Positions 1-8,854 of a stretch of DNA of 41,870 nt are shown piece by piece. A program made the position numbers and the translations under genes. The stretch is from positions 1 to 41,870 of the forward strand of contig DYDL01000003.1 in assembly GCA_020717925.1 (NCBI GenBank), written 5' to 3'. This DNA is from Desulfocapsa sp. (GTDB lineage: Bacteria; Desulfobacterota; Desulfobulbia; Desulfobulbales; CG2-30-60-27). How positions within the stretch are numbered: the first letter of the stretch is position 1; each line of letters starts with the position of its first letter. Below the pieces are notes generated by a model. It did not search any database and was not told where the DNA came from. It worked only from the letters and a program-made list of their open reading frames with translations.

Positions 1-2
1 TC

Positions 3-407
3 TGTGCTGCTGGCTGGGTGATCGAAGCCCGTGACTATAGTGGCTTCGCCATGGTCTGTGGCATAGCCGCAATATTTCCTGGGATCTTCTTGCTGGTGGC
101 AGCGCCTGAACTCACTCGCTATGGCGGACTTTCAGGCGTCGCCACTGCCGCGGCCGCGTACCTGTGCCTATGCAAACTGGCTGGGGCAGATCGCGCCCGT
201 ATCGTCTGGTTGTTTATCCTTGTACTTTTGTGCCTGAAGACTGTGGTTGAAACTGTCTCCCAAATGCCACTCTTTGTTCTAAGCACGAACGTAACTATCC
301 ACGTCCTGCCATCTGTGCATGCCATTGGTTGCCTGGGCGCTTTTGCAGTGCAAAGATGGGAAAGACAAAGGGGCGGCTTGAGGTGGACCCTCGTGCACGG
401 AGCTTAA
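3..407 (+). CDS. Rhomboid-family intramembrane serine protease (rhombosortase-like), 5'-partial
   Basis: Frame open from the window start; hydrophobic helices; YGGLSG catalytic-Ser motif and a late HAIG His motif typical of rhomboids. Confidence 0.65.
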   Translation, partial: CAAGWVIEARDYSGFAMVCGIAAIFPGIFLLVAAPELTRYGGLSGVATAAAAYLCLCKLAGADRARIVWLFILVLLCLKTVVETVSQMPLFVLSTNVTIHVLPSVHAIGCLGAFAVQRWERQRGGLRWTLVHGA

Positions 408-468
408 AATAATAATGGTCAGGGATAGGGCATGCAGACATTGGGGAATGGGGCAAAGCTATTGGGTT

Positions 469-840
469 TTATCTGACGCTCCAGGCATTCAGGCTAACGA
501 TCAACGATAATCCTGCAAGCAGCAGTGTTCCGATCAGCACCACTTTGTCCACTGCTTCAGAATTAAAATTTTGTCTTGTTATTTTTTGCATCACCAGGTG
601 AATATAGCTGCCCTGCGGCCTGCCTTCGCCAAGCGCATCTTTGATTTTCCAATGCCAGTCGGTAATTGGACAGTAACCGGAGCCGAGCCAGCGCCCCAGG
701 ATAAACCAGGAGCCAAGGGTGAGAAAAACCAGTACGAGGTGAGCCAAGCGCAACTGCGGAAACAGCCAGCCGAACATCACGAAAGTGATTAGCACCACGT
801 GAAAAAAATGGAATAGACCGTTTAATAACAAATATAACAC
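469..840 (-). CDS. DUF2784-like membrane protein
   Basis: H-x-x-L...FGW, HL, GYCPITDWHW motif; GTG at 840 preceded by GAGGG. Confidence 0.7.
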   Translation of the reverse strand: MLYLLLNGLFHFFHVVLITFVMFGWLFPQLRLAHLVLVFLTLGSWFILGRWLGSGYCPITDWHWKIKDALGEGRPQGSYIHLVMQKITRQNFNSEAVDKVVLIGTLLLAGLSLIVSLNAWSVR

Positions 841-859
841 AGCACCCTCTCGGCAGCGC

Positions 860-2116
860 TCAACCAGGCCGCCTGACGATTTGATCCGCATGTGTGATTA
901 CTTTTTGGAACGCGCGCAAATATTGATCAAGCAATTCCTGCGAAGCCCAGGGGAACGAAGGCAATTTCATCATCGCACCATTCACCCTTTCCGTTACCGG
1001 TAGGGACACCGCAGAATAATCCGGCACTCTCGCACCATCCGTCGGTCGCATGATATCCAGGAATGCCCCTCCCGCAAAAAAAGGTTGTTGGTGTAGCAGC
1101 GGGTAACGAGGTAAAGCGGCTATACAGCCCTCAGCCTTGAGTGCCTCGATAAATGTGCCCATCGGCATGCCAATCGCTCCAAAATCGGGACGCACCAGAT
1201 ACTCGAAATAGACACGCTGAATATGCTCCGGTGACAGAAATGTGTGGATCCCCATCTCTTCCAAGCCGGCAGACAGGTACACAAGGTTGTGGTTGCGTTG
1301 CTTGTTGTTGTCCTCTAGCCTGGCTAGCTGATTGCGCGCAATTGCTGCCGAGAGGGGCGCAATACGCGTCTTGATGCCGAAACTGGTGGCGGCAAAACGT
1401 CGCGCAGGAGTCTCCAGTTCCATGATACGGGTGATATCGCCCAAGCAAACCGCGCGCTCCCAGTATTCATACTCCCTGCATAAAAACATACCGCCTTCGC
1501 CCGCCGGGGCGAGCTTGCCCCCTTGCAGACTGAACACTGAAATGTCTCCAAGGGTTCCGCATGGTTTACCGCGCCAGAGCGCACCTTGCGCATGCGATGC
1601 ATCTTCGATCATTTTGAGTTTGTACTTCCGTGCCAGCGCCGTGATCTCCGTCATTTTGGAGGGCAAGCCCCACAGGTGTACCACCACGATCGCTTTAGTG
1701 CGGGAGGTAATCTTTTTTTCCATGTCGGCCGGGTCGAGGCCCAGGCGTTCACTTTCGCTTTCGCAAAAGACTGGTACTGCACCAAGCCAGACCAGCGGCA
1801 GCACGGAGGCCCAAAAAGTTGCCGATGGCACCAATACCTCGTCGCCCGGTTTCAGTCCAATCGCCCAAAATGCCGCCGTCAGCGCGGTGGTGCCATTGCA
1901 ATGCGCCAGCACATAGGGCATACCGGAAAAATTACGGTAATCGTTTTCCAGTTCACGGATCACCGGATGCGTGGAAATGTCGCCATCCCGCATGATTTGC
2001 AGCACGGCCTTCTCGTCGTCCTCGGTGAGGACCGGCCAACGATTTGCCTCAACCTGATCCAAGGTGACCGCAGGCTGGCCGCCCAGGATTGCGGGCAAAT
2101 TAGTGCTGTAATTCAT
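860..2116 (-). CDS. DegT/DnrJ/EryC1/StrS PLP-dependent aminotransferase
   Basis: NGTTAL, VVHLWG, IEDASHAQG, FSLQGGK(PLP Lys)...GEGG motifs; AGGAG RBS. Confidence 0.92.
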   Translation of the reverse strand: MNYSTNLPAILGGQPAVTLDQVEANRWPVLTEDDEKAVLQIMRDGDISTHPVIRELENDYRNFSGMPYVLAHCNGTTALTAAFWAIGLKPGDEVLVPSATFWASVLPLVWLGAVPVFCESESERLGLDPADMEKKITSRTKAIVVVHLWGLPSKMTEITALARKYKLKMIEDASHAQGALWRGKPCGTLGDISVFSLQGGKLAPAGEGGMFLCREYEYWERAVCLGDITRIMELETPARRFAATSFGIKTRIAPLSAAIARNQLARLEDNNKQRNHNLVYLSAGLEEMGIHTFLSPEHIQRVYFEYLVRPDFGAIGMPMGTFIEALKAEGCIAALPRYPLLHQQPFFAGGAFLDIMRPTDGARVPDYSAVSLPVTERVNGAMMKLPSFPWASQELLDQYLRAFQKVITHADQIVRRPG

Positions 2117-2142
2117 GGCGGGGTTCTCCTTGATGTTATCAG

Positions 2143-3645
2143 TTAGTTGTTGGCCAGCAAGGCATCTAAATGGTCAATAACCTTCCTGCGGTATGTTTCA
2201 AATAGTTGTGCCGCCGACATAGGGTCGCCATGGGCAAGATCCAGGGCGATATTTTTCAAGGCCTGCGCATTGGCATCATTTCCTCCCAATCCACCTCTGG
2301 GAATCCACTGGGCGATATTGGTACGGCGCCGCAAATAATCTTCCAGTGTGCAGCATAACTCATGTTGCGCGCACCATGTCGCCGTAGGAACCTTTTGCGA
2401 CAGCCCTGGGAATTCCATCTGGGTCAAGGCGGCTTCCCAGGCGTCATCCGCTCCGTAGCTCTGTGCGGTGGCGCTAACGGCTTTATTGATCAGTTTTAAC
2501 GCCTTGGATGCCATGCGTGTGCAGCCGGTGATTTTCCCACCATAGCAGGAAATCCACGGCAGGGTTTTATGTTGGATCACCTCTTGACGGCGCGACAAAT
2601 CAAGCGGATAACAACTTTCCTGATATTGACTGTCGACCACCAGCGGGCGTATCCCGCAACGCACAGAGACGATATCCGCCCTGCTGATCGGCTCACGGAA
2701 CCTGCGCGCATAATGTTCCAATAAATAATCCACATCCTGTCTCGACGCCATCAGGCCTTCGCTAATATCCGGCACCGCCGTCTCGGTCGGGCCCCATAGT
2801 GAAATGGGTCCCCAAGGGACAAAGGTGACGACATCATCGTGCTCACCCAACTCGAAAAACAGCGATGCTTGATGTTGCTCGGCGCGGGGGATGCCCAAAT
2901 ACACACCCTTGCTGAATACGTGCCGAAATGGAGAATTAATTTCAAATGCCGCGTTAACCTGATCTGTCCATACGCCTGCGCAATTGACGATCATTTTCGC
3001 TCGCACCTGACAATGCCTGCCCGCAATTTCATCCTCTACATCAAGATGCCAGCTCTTGTCTTTGGCAGAAAAAACACCGCTGTGATTGCAATGATTCAGC
3101 ACCATCTGCCCCGCGCAACGATGCGGCGCCATCCAACGATACACAAAGCGTGCGTCGGAGTGTGCCAGAAAAGCTTCTTCATAGGTCAGCGAACCGTTTA
3201 CCAGCCCGGGCTTGAGCAGTTCCTTTTCAACAAAATGATTTTCCGATCGGGGGTGCCGTCTGCGCCCCATCCCCAGCATCCAGTATAGCCAAAGTCCGGA
3301 ATGCACCCACCATTTCGCGCGGCCGCTTCCAGAGGATGGCAGATAGCGCATCATCTCCGGTGCCAGCCATTGCGCCTTCTGCTGTATTAATTGATCGCGA
3401 GAAAAGGACAACTCAATAACAGAAGCGAGGTCAAGATTTCTCAGATACAGCAACCCGCCCCAGATCATCATGCCCGAGGACTGACTGGTGCCGGAAGAAA
3501 AATCGTTTTTTTCGAGCAGAAGCGTCTTGTATCCCTGTCGGCACAACGTGTCGTACAGGCAGGCGCCATTGATGCCACCGCCAAGCACGATTACATCAAA
3601 CTCATGCTCGTTCTGTATTCTTTCAAGTAATTGCCTGCGTTTCAA
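2143..3645 (-). CDS. FAD-dependent oxidoreductase, glycerol-3-phosphate dehydrogenase/oxidase (GlpD) family
   Basis: GGGING FAD motif, DFSSGTS, GGLLYL, NCAGVWTD, GIRPL, GGKIT, EDYLRRRT. Confidence 0.85.
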   Translation of the reverse strand: MKRRQLLERIQNEHEFDVIVLGGGINGACLYDTLCRQGYKTLLLEKNDFSSGTSQSSGMMIWGGLLYLRNLDLASVIELSFSRDQLIQQKAQWLAPEMMRYLPSSGSGRAKWWVHSGLWLYWMLGMGRRRHPRSENHFVEKELLKPGLVNGSLTYEEAFLAHSDARFVYRWMAPHRCAGQMVLNHCNHSGVFSAKDKSWHLDVEDEIAGRHCQVRAKMIVNCAGVWTDQVNAAFEINSPFRHVFSKGVYLGIPRAEQHQASLFFELGEHDDVVTFVPWGPISLWGPTETAVPDISEGLMASRQDVDYLLEHYARRFREPISRADIVSVRCGIRPLVVDSQYQESCYPLDLSRRQEVIQHKTLPWISCYGGKITGCTRMASKALKLINKAVSATAQSYGADDAWEAALTQMEFPGLSQKVPTATWCAQHELCCTLEDYLRRRTNIAQWIPRGGLGGNDANAQALKNIALDLAHGDPMSAAQLFETYRRKVIDHLDALLANN

Positions 3646-3712
3646 GCTTGCGGTCCTTCGTGATGACCTGCGTTATTGACCTGCTTTTAAATTTCTCCAC
3701 CGCCGTATCCAT

Positions 3713-3776
3713 GCACCTCATCTGACCAGCGCTGTAAGCAGCAGATTGTCTACTGCTGCATTTACGAACTTCATCA
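3713..3776 (+). repeat. 64-bp imperfect direct repeat, copy 1 (pairs with 4634-4697)
   Basis: Manual alignment 51/64 identical, ungapped. Confidence 0.85.
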
Positions 3777-3876
3777 GGCCAGGATCAGGGGCAGGGACCA
3801 GGGCCAGGCCCCACATTTCGATATTTTTTTGACGAGCGAACACCCCGCTGCTTGAAATGTAGATACTCTTTTCTTC

Positions 3877-4287
3877 TCAGAGCTTGGCAAGATATTCGTC
3901 TGCAAATTCACGCGGTTTCAGCACCCGTATTTTCTGAAAACCCGAAACATGCAGTAAATGTTTGTCGCCGCTCACGATCACTTTGCTCTTGCTGGTAATG
4001 GCACAGGCAAGAAATTTGTCGTCATCTGGGTCAACGCAGACAGGCTCAGGCAAGCCTTGGGCCTGCACCATCTCTGCCTTGCTTGTCACCAGCTCAAGAA
4101 TTGGCCGCAAGTCAATGGCGGGGAACTGCTCGGCCAATGCCGCCCCGACTCTCTGGTATTCTTCAAGGATTTCCGGAGAAAGTACCAGCATCAGCGTGCC
4201 GTCGCGCCATGCTTTTATAATTTGATAGGGTGGTCCAGTGAAGAAGATGCCGGACACAAAAACGTTGGTGTCGAGGATCACCCTCAT
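3877..4287 (-). CDS. PIN-domain toxin (VapC-like)
   Basis: MRVILDTNV, EEY, DPDDDKFL, VSGDKHLL PIN acidic motifs; overlaps antitoxin stop. Confidence 0.9.
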   Translation of the reverse strand: MRVILDTNVFVSGIFFTGPPYQIIKAWRDGTLMLVLSPEILEEYQRVGAALAEQFPAIDLRPILELVTSKAEMVQAQGLPEPVCVDPDDDKFLACAITSKSKVIVSGDKHLLHVSGFQKIRVLKPREFADEYLAKL

Positions 4288-4547
4288 TTCCGGCCGCGCA
4301 CCCTGGCGATGGCTTTGGTGATATCGGATTGCTTCAGGCAGGCCTCCTTGCCTTGTCTGCGGGCCTCGGCAATCAAAGCATCAAACTCATACATGGATGG
4401 CGGCGTTATCTCCTTGAGGATAACCACGTCGTTCTCGCCCACGACCACGAATTGCGAACCAGCCTTTAACTTGAGACGCTTGCGAATATCCTCCGGAATG
4501 ACGACCTGACCTTTGGAAGACATCTTAGTGGTAGCTAAATTTGCCAT
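4284..4547 (-). CDS. AbrB/MazE/SpoVT-family antitoxin
   Basis: MSSKGQVVIPEDIRKRL signature; AGGAGG RBS; upstream of PIN toxin. Confidence 0.9.
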   Translation of the reverse strand: MANLATTKMSSKGQVVIPEDIRKRLKLKAGSQFVVVGENDVVILKEITPPSMYEFDALIAEARRQGKEACLKQSDITKAIARVRGRK

Positions 4548-4573
4548 GACCTACCTCCTGGGAACCATAGTGT

Positions 4574-4616
4574 TCTTACTGGTAAGATTGTAGCGTGGGT
4601 GGTCGGCCTCGGTCAA
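4574..4616 (-). promoter_or_regulatory. sigma70 promoter with adjoining operator palindrome for AbrB-PIN operon
   Basis: TTGACC-N18-TACAAT on minus strand; TCTTAC-tg-GTAAGA palindrome at 4574-4587. Confidence 0.6.
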
Positions 4617-4633
4617 GCAGAAAGTACAGTATT

Positions 4634-4697
4634 GCACCTCAACTGACCTGTGCCGTCAGCAGGAAATTGTCCGCCTCGGCATTTACGAACTCCATCA
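4634..4697 (+). repeat. 64-bp imperfect direct repeat, copy 2
   Basis: 51/64 identical to 3713-3776. Confidence 0.85.
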
Positions 4698-4886
4698 AAC
4701 CGTGACCAGGAAGCGGTCTGGTTTCTATCTTCACCAGTCCGGCCGCTGCCAGGATATCCGCCGGGTCTTCAAAGGTGATGACGCTTTCCGCCGCAACCGG
4801 TTTATTGCTATCCAAACGTCGGGCGCGTTTTTTCCCCGCTGGAAGAAGTCAGTTGCCGTGCCAGTTTTAATCGTCAAGCTAACCAT
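4693..4886 (-). pseudogene. Decayed HTH antitoxin (TumA/HVO_A0114-like)
   Basis: MVSLTIKTGTATDFFQRGK, frameshift, then RARRLD...ITFEDPADIL joined directly to GLVKIETRPLPGHG; central HTH missing; truncated at the repeat. Confidence 0.6.
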
Positions 4887-4890
4887 GGTG

Positions 4891-5112
4891 TTACCTATCT
4901 ACGCTGCTTGCCAGAAGTTCGAGCCATTCCCGCTCGAAGCACTTCCCACTGTTGCGCCTTAAAAATGCCGGTGCTGGTGGCCATGCCGGGCGTCGTACAT
5001 TTGCTTGCAGCCCTCTGATAATATCATGGCTGCGGAACAAATCGATCTTTATGTGGACATAGTTCGCAAAATTGGGGCCCCGGGGCGAGGTTCTAAAAAC
5101 AAGTTGCCTCAC
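4891..5112 (-). pseudogene. Decayed DUF6516/TumE-like toxin
   Basis: YDARHGHQHRHF (4962-4997) followed by TAA (4959-4961), FEREWLELL in another frame, immediately upstream of the antitoxin remnant. Confidence 0.55.
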
Positions 5113-5195
5113 CGTGAATTTGAGTTACAGTTGGAGTGAAGGCACGGGAATTTAGCAAGCACATCATCAGGCAGGGCAGCCAGGGAGAACAGAGT

Positions 5196-6038
5196 ATGAC
5201 TTTAAATGACATTGCCAGGGTTGCGGTTTTCGAAGGGAAACACATCAGGAAAACTTTCCATGAGGGGGCATGGTGGTTTTCCATTATTGATGTCGTCGAG
5301 GTACTGACCGGGAGCGACCGTCCTCGAAAATACTGGAACGACCTGAAGAAAAAACTTATTACAGAAGGCTATGGTGAAGTGTCCGAAAAAATCGGACAGT
5401 TGAAAATGACTGCCCCTGACGGCAAGATGCGCCTCACTGACTGCGCCGACACCGAGACCATGTTCCGCATCATCCAGTCTATTCCGTCGCCGAAGGTGGA
5501 GCCGCTTAAGCGCTGGCTGGCCAGGGTCGGCAGGGAGCGGATCGACGAGATCGAGAACCCCGAGCTGGCCATGGCGCGGATGAAGGAATTCTACGAGAAA
5601 AAGGGGTATCCGAAGGCGTGGATCGACAAACGGCTGCGAGGGATCGCGGTCCGGCAGGACCTGACCGATGAATGGCAAACCCGCGGGGCTGGGAGCAGCC
5701 TGGCGTATGCGATCCTCACCAATGAAATTATGCAGGGGGCCTTTGACCTGAAGGTGGAGGAGTACAAGGAGGTCAAGGGGTTGGCGCGGGAAAACCTGCG
5801 GGACCACATGACCGATATCGAACTGATCCTGACCATGCTGGCCGAGGCCACCACCACTAAATTGCACCGCGACCGAGATTCCCGCGGATTTGCACCGCTG
5901 AAGAAGGATGCCCATGATGGAGGGGCGGTGGCTGGCAGAACGCGGAAGGATATCGAGGAGCAGTCCGGCGGCAAGCCGGTCGTTTCCCCTGAGAATTTTA
6001 AGAGGCTGGCGGGGAAGGGGCGGAAGAAGCTGGCGTAG
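5196..6038 (+). CDS. BRO-N domain protein (phage antirepressor-like)
   Basis: WWFSIIDVVEVLT, YWNDLK, DGKMRLTD, IPSPKVEPLKRWLA, NLRDHMT; ATG at 5196 after GGGAG. Confidence 0.88.
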   Translation: MTLNDIARVAVFEGKHIRKTFHEGAWWFSIIDVVEVLTGSDRPRKYWNDLKKKLITEGYGEVSEKIGQLKMTAPDGKMRLTDCADTETMFRIIQSIPSPKVEPLKRWLARVGRERIDEIENPELAMARMKEFYEKKGYPKAWIDKRLRGIAVRQDLTDEWQTRGAGSSLAYAILTNEIMQGAFDLKVEEYKEVKGLARENLRDHMTDIELILTMLAEATTTKLHRDRDSRGFAPLKKDAHDGGAVAGRTRKDIEEQSGGKPVVSPENFKRLAGKGRKKLA

Positions 6039-6106
6039 TCATTTTTGTGGAAAGGGACGGGACAGGGTGCTACATTGCCCGAGGCACCATCAACAGGAGG
6101 AAGGCA

Positions 6107-6592
6107 ATGGAGACATACGGCTGGAACGAGGCCATGGGCATGCGTCTGCTGGAGAAGTTGAAGGCTGATCTGAAGATTGCCATGCGGGCGCAGGATCAGG
6201 AGGCGAAGGATGGTATCCGCCAGGTCATGAGCGAGTTTTTCAAGCTCACCGTGCCCATTGTCCTGGAGAGCGGGAAGAAGAGCAGCCGGCCCAAGAGCGC
6301 CGAGGAGATCACCAACGACGACATCCTGGGCGTGATCGCCGGGCTGGTCAAGTCCGAGAAGATCATGCTGGAGGCGAAGAAGGCACCAAGCTCCCGCTAC
6401 CTGGAACTGTTGCTCTCCTATCTGCCGCGGACCGCCTCCCGGGAGGAGGTGGCGGCCTGGGTGCGGGCCAACATCGACCTGGCCCAGTTCAAGAACACCA
6501 TGCAGGCAATGGGGCCGATCATGAAGCATTTCGGCCAGGCGGCCGACGGCGCCGTGGTCCGGGAAGTCCTGCAGGAGTTAGCCGGCGCCTGA
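6107..6592 (+). CDS. GatB/YqeY domain protein
   Basis: LKADLKIAMR, YLP, MGPIMKHFG..ADG; AGGAGG RBS before ATG 6107. Confidence 0.8.
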   Translation: METYGWNEAMGMRLLEKLKADLKIAMRAQDQEAKDGIRQVMSEFFKLTVPIVLESGKKSSRPKSAEEITNDDILGVIAGLVKSEKIMLEAKKAPSSRYLELLLSYLPRTASREEVAAWVRANIDLAQFKNTMQAMGPIMKHFGQAADGAVVREVLQELAGA

Positions 6593-6611
6593 AAGCCGGT
6601 CAGCCGGCATC

Positions 6612-7349
6612 GTGCGCAGCCGTTTCAACCAGTTGCTCCGGGCCTGCCAGGATCTCTGCTTCCCGCCGGCCTGTCTGGCCTGCGGGGTCAGACTGCCCGA
6701 TTCCGCCGGCCCGCTCTTCTGCGCCGCCTGCGCCACGGATGTCCGTCTGGTTCATGAACCCCTTTGCCGCTGTTGCGGCCGTGCCTTTCCCTGGGGGGCC
6801 GGCGGCAGCCACACCTGCGGTCCCTGCCTGAAAAAGCCCTGGCATTTCACCGAGGCACGTGCCGTGCTGCACTACTCCGATCCCGTGGCCCAGGCGGTGC
6901 AGGCCTTCAAATACCGGGGCAGTACCACCGGTCTTGCCACCTTCCGGCTGCTCAAGGAACGTCTCAGCCATCTCGATGGCCTGGCAGACCTTGACCTCAT
7001 TGTGCCCGTGCCCCTGCATGTCCATAAGCTGCGCCAGCGTGGCTTCAATCAGGCCCTGGTGCTGGCTCGCGCCCTGTTTCCCGGGCATAGGCAGCGCATA
7101 GCTCCCTCGCTGCTGGCACGAACGCGCCAGACCATTTCCCAGACCGGACTGAGTGGCCACGAACGGCGGCGTAATCTGAAAAATGCCTTTAGGGTGGTGT
7201 TTCCAGCCCAGGTTGAGGGCAAGCGTTTGCTTCTGGTGGACGATATTTTCACCACCGGCAGCACGGCCAACGAGTGTGCCAGTACCCTGCGGCGCGCCGG
7301 CGCTCAGGAGGTGCGGGTTTTGACCCTGGCGCGCGTTTCCCTGGAGTGA
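6612..7349 (+). CDS. comF: ComF family phosphoribosyltransferase-like competence protein
   Basis: N-terminal CxxC zinc ribbons, VPVPLH, RGFNQA, LVDDIFTTGST. Confidence 0.93.
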   Translation: MRSRFNQLLRACQDLCFPPACLACGVRLPDSAGPLFCAACATDVRLVHEPLCRCCGRAFPWGAGGSHTCGPCLKKPWHFTEARAVLHYSDPVAQAVQAFKYRGSTTGLATFRLLKERLSHLDGLADLDLIVPVPLHVHKLRQRGFNQALVLARALFPGHRQRIAPSLLARTRQTISQTGLSGHERRRNLKNAFRVVFPAQVEGKRLLLVDDIFTTGSTANECASTLRRAGAQEVRVLTLARVSLE

Positions 7350-7384
7350 TATGATTTAGGTGAAAGGTGAAAGGTGATGGGCGG

Positions 7385-7693
7385 TCAGGCGGGCGGGCCA
7401 TTGCCGGCTGGGCCGATGATTTCCCGGGCCCGGGTTGCGGCCAGCCCACTTACGGCCAGCCGCTTGCGGCGGCCCTGGTGGCCGCTCAGCACGGTAATGG
7501 CTGCCTTGGGAACGTGGAAGAGTTTGGCGAAGAAGGCGATGAGGGCCTCGTTGGCCTTGCCGTCCACCGGCGGCGCGGTAACGCAGACCTTCAGGGCACT
7601 GCCGAGGATGCCGGCCAGCCTCGCCTTGGAGGCCTTGGGCTGCACCTGGATGGCGAGGATGAAGCCATTGTCTTGCTCCTGCAGAAATGGCAT
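7385..7693 (-). CDS. yggU: DUF167/YggU family protein
   Basis: VQPKAS, APPVDGKANEAL, SG..GRRK. Confidence 0.9.
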   Translation of the reverse strand: MPFLQEQDNGFILAIQVQPKASKARLAGILGSALKVCVTAPPVDGKANEALIAFFAKLFHVPKAAITVLSGHQGRRKRLAVSGLAATRAREIIGPAGNGPPA

Positions 7694-7711
7694 GGAATCC
7701 TTGACCGGTGG

Positions 7712-8818
7712 TTACTTCTTCTTTTGTCCCCCCCGGGGCGCGGCCGGGGCCAGATCCTCGAAGGGATCATCCAGGCTCAGGTCGTGGTTGCCGCCGGGCG
7801 CCAGACTCTCCAGACCGTCACCCAAGAGACCGCCGGGTGCGCCCAGATCGGAGATGTCGATTTTCTCGTACAGGCCGGTGAGGTCGTCCACGTCCATGGC
7901 GGTGAAATTTTTTCCAGCCGCCGCTGACTGGCCACCGGTCGAGGCGGTGAGATCGTCCAGGTCAGCTTTGGGCGCAACGGGTTTCGGGGCAGGTGGGGCT
8001 GGTTTTTTGACTGGCGGTGGCGGCGGGGGCTCCTCGCCCAACTCCTTGCCCACGGCCTCCAGCCGTTCCAGGTAGGAGCGCAGCATCTCCCGCATCTGAT
8101 TCTGCACGGTGGTGCGCAGGCTTTTGAGTTCGCTGATCTCACCCTCGATCCGCTTCTTTTCCAGCTCGGTCTGCTGCCGCAGGTTAAAGATTTCCAGCTT
8201 GCTCTGATCAATCAGGGCCTGGGTTTCCTTGAGGCCCGCGGTTCGCTGCTCGTCAATTTCGGCCATGGTCATGGCGGCAAGTGCGTCGGTTTCTTGCTTG
8301 GCCTCCTGCCGTATGGCCGCCACCTCCCTGGTCACCGTCGCCCGCAACTCCGCCATTTCCTGCTTGGTTTTTTCCAGGATGGTGTTGCTCTCCTGCTGGG
8401 TGGCCTGACGCAGTTGGGACGCCTCCTTGCTGGACGACTCTTTAAGCGCCTTGGCCTCCTGGGCCGCGCTCTCTTTCAGGGCCCTGGCCTCTTTGGTCAA
8501 CGACTCCTGTAGGGTCTTGGCCTCCTGTTTCGCGTTGGCCAGCAGGGTTTTGGCCTCCTCCTCGCTTTTCGTCTTCATGTCCGTGCTGGTCTTGTAGGCC
8601 GAGAGGATGGCGGTGGAGAATTCCTTTTCCTTGGCCTGGTAATCGTTGATTTCAGCCTGGAAGGCCTCGAGCTGTTCCTCCAGCTTGACATTGGCGTCCA
8701 AGGCGATTTCCAGCTCTTCGGCCACCCGGCCAAGGAAGCTTGCGACCTCGTCGGCGTCAATGCCTCGCATGCGTTGGCTGAACACCTGGGAGCGGATGTT
8801 AACGGGCGTGAGCGGCAT
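7712..8818 (-). CDS. divIVA: DivIVA-domain coiled-coil protein
   Basis: MPLTPVNIRSQVF...RGIDADEVASFL N-terminus; position between yggT and yggU. Confidence 0.85.
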   Translation of the reverse strand: MPLTPVNIRSQVFSQRMRGIDADEVASFLGRVAEELEIALDANVKLEEQLEAFQAEINDYQAKEKEFSTAILSAYKTSTDMKTKSEEEAKTLLANAKQEAKTLQESLTKEARALKESAAQEAKALKESSSKEASQLRQATQQESNTILEKTKQEMAELRATVTREVAAIRQEAKQETDALAAMTMAEIDEQRTAGLKETQALIDQSKLEIFNLRQQTELEKKRIEGEISELKSLRTTVQNQMREMLRSYLERLEAVGKELGEEPPPPPPVKKPAPPAPKPVAPKADLDDLTASTGGQSAAAGKNFTAMDVDDLTGLYEKIDISDLGAPGGLLGDGLESLAPGGNHDLSLDDPFEDLAPAAPRGGQKKK

Positions 8819-8854
8819 AATCTTGTCTCCGTTGCGCAGGGGGCGGGGCTTGTC

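Noticed and set aside
5196-6038. Prophage
   Set aside because: BRO-N gene is alone; no integrase, structural or replication genes.
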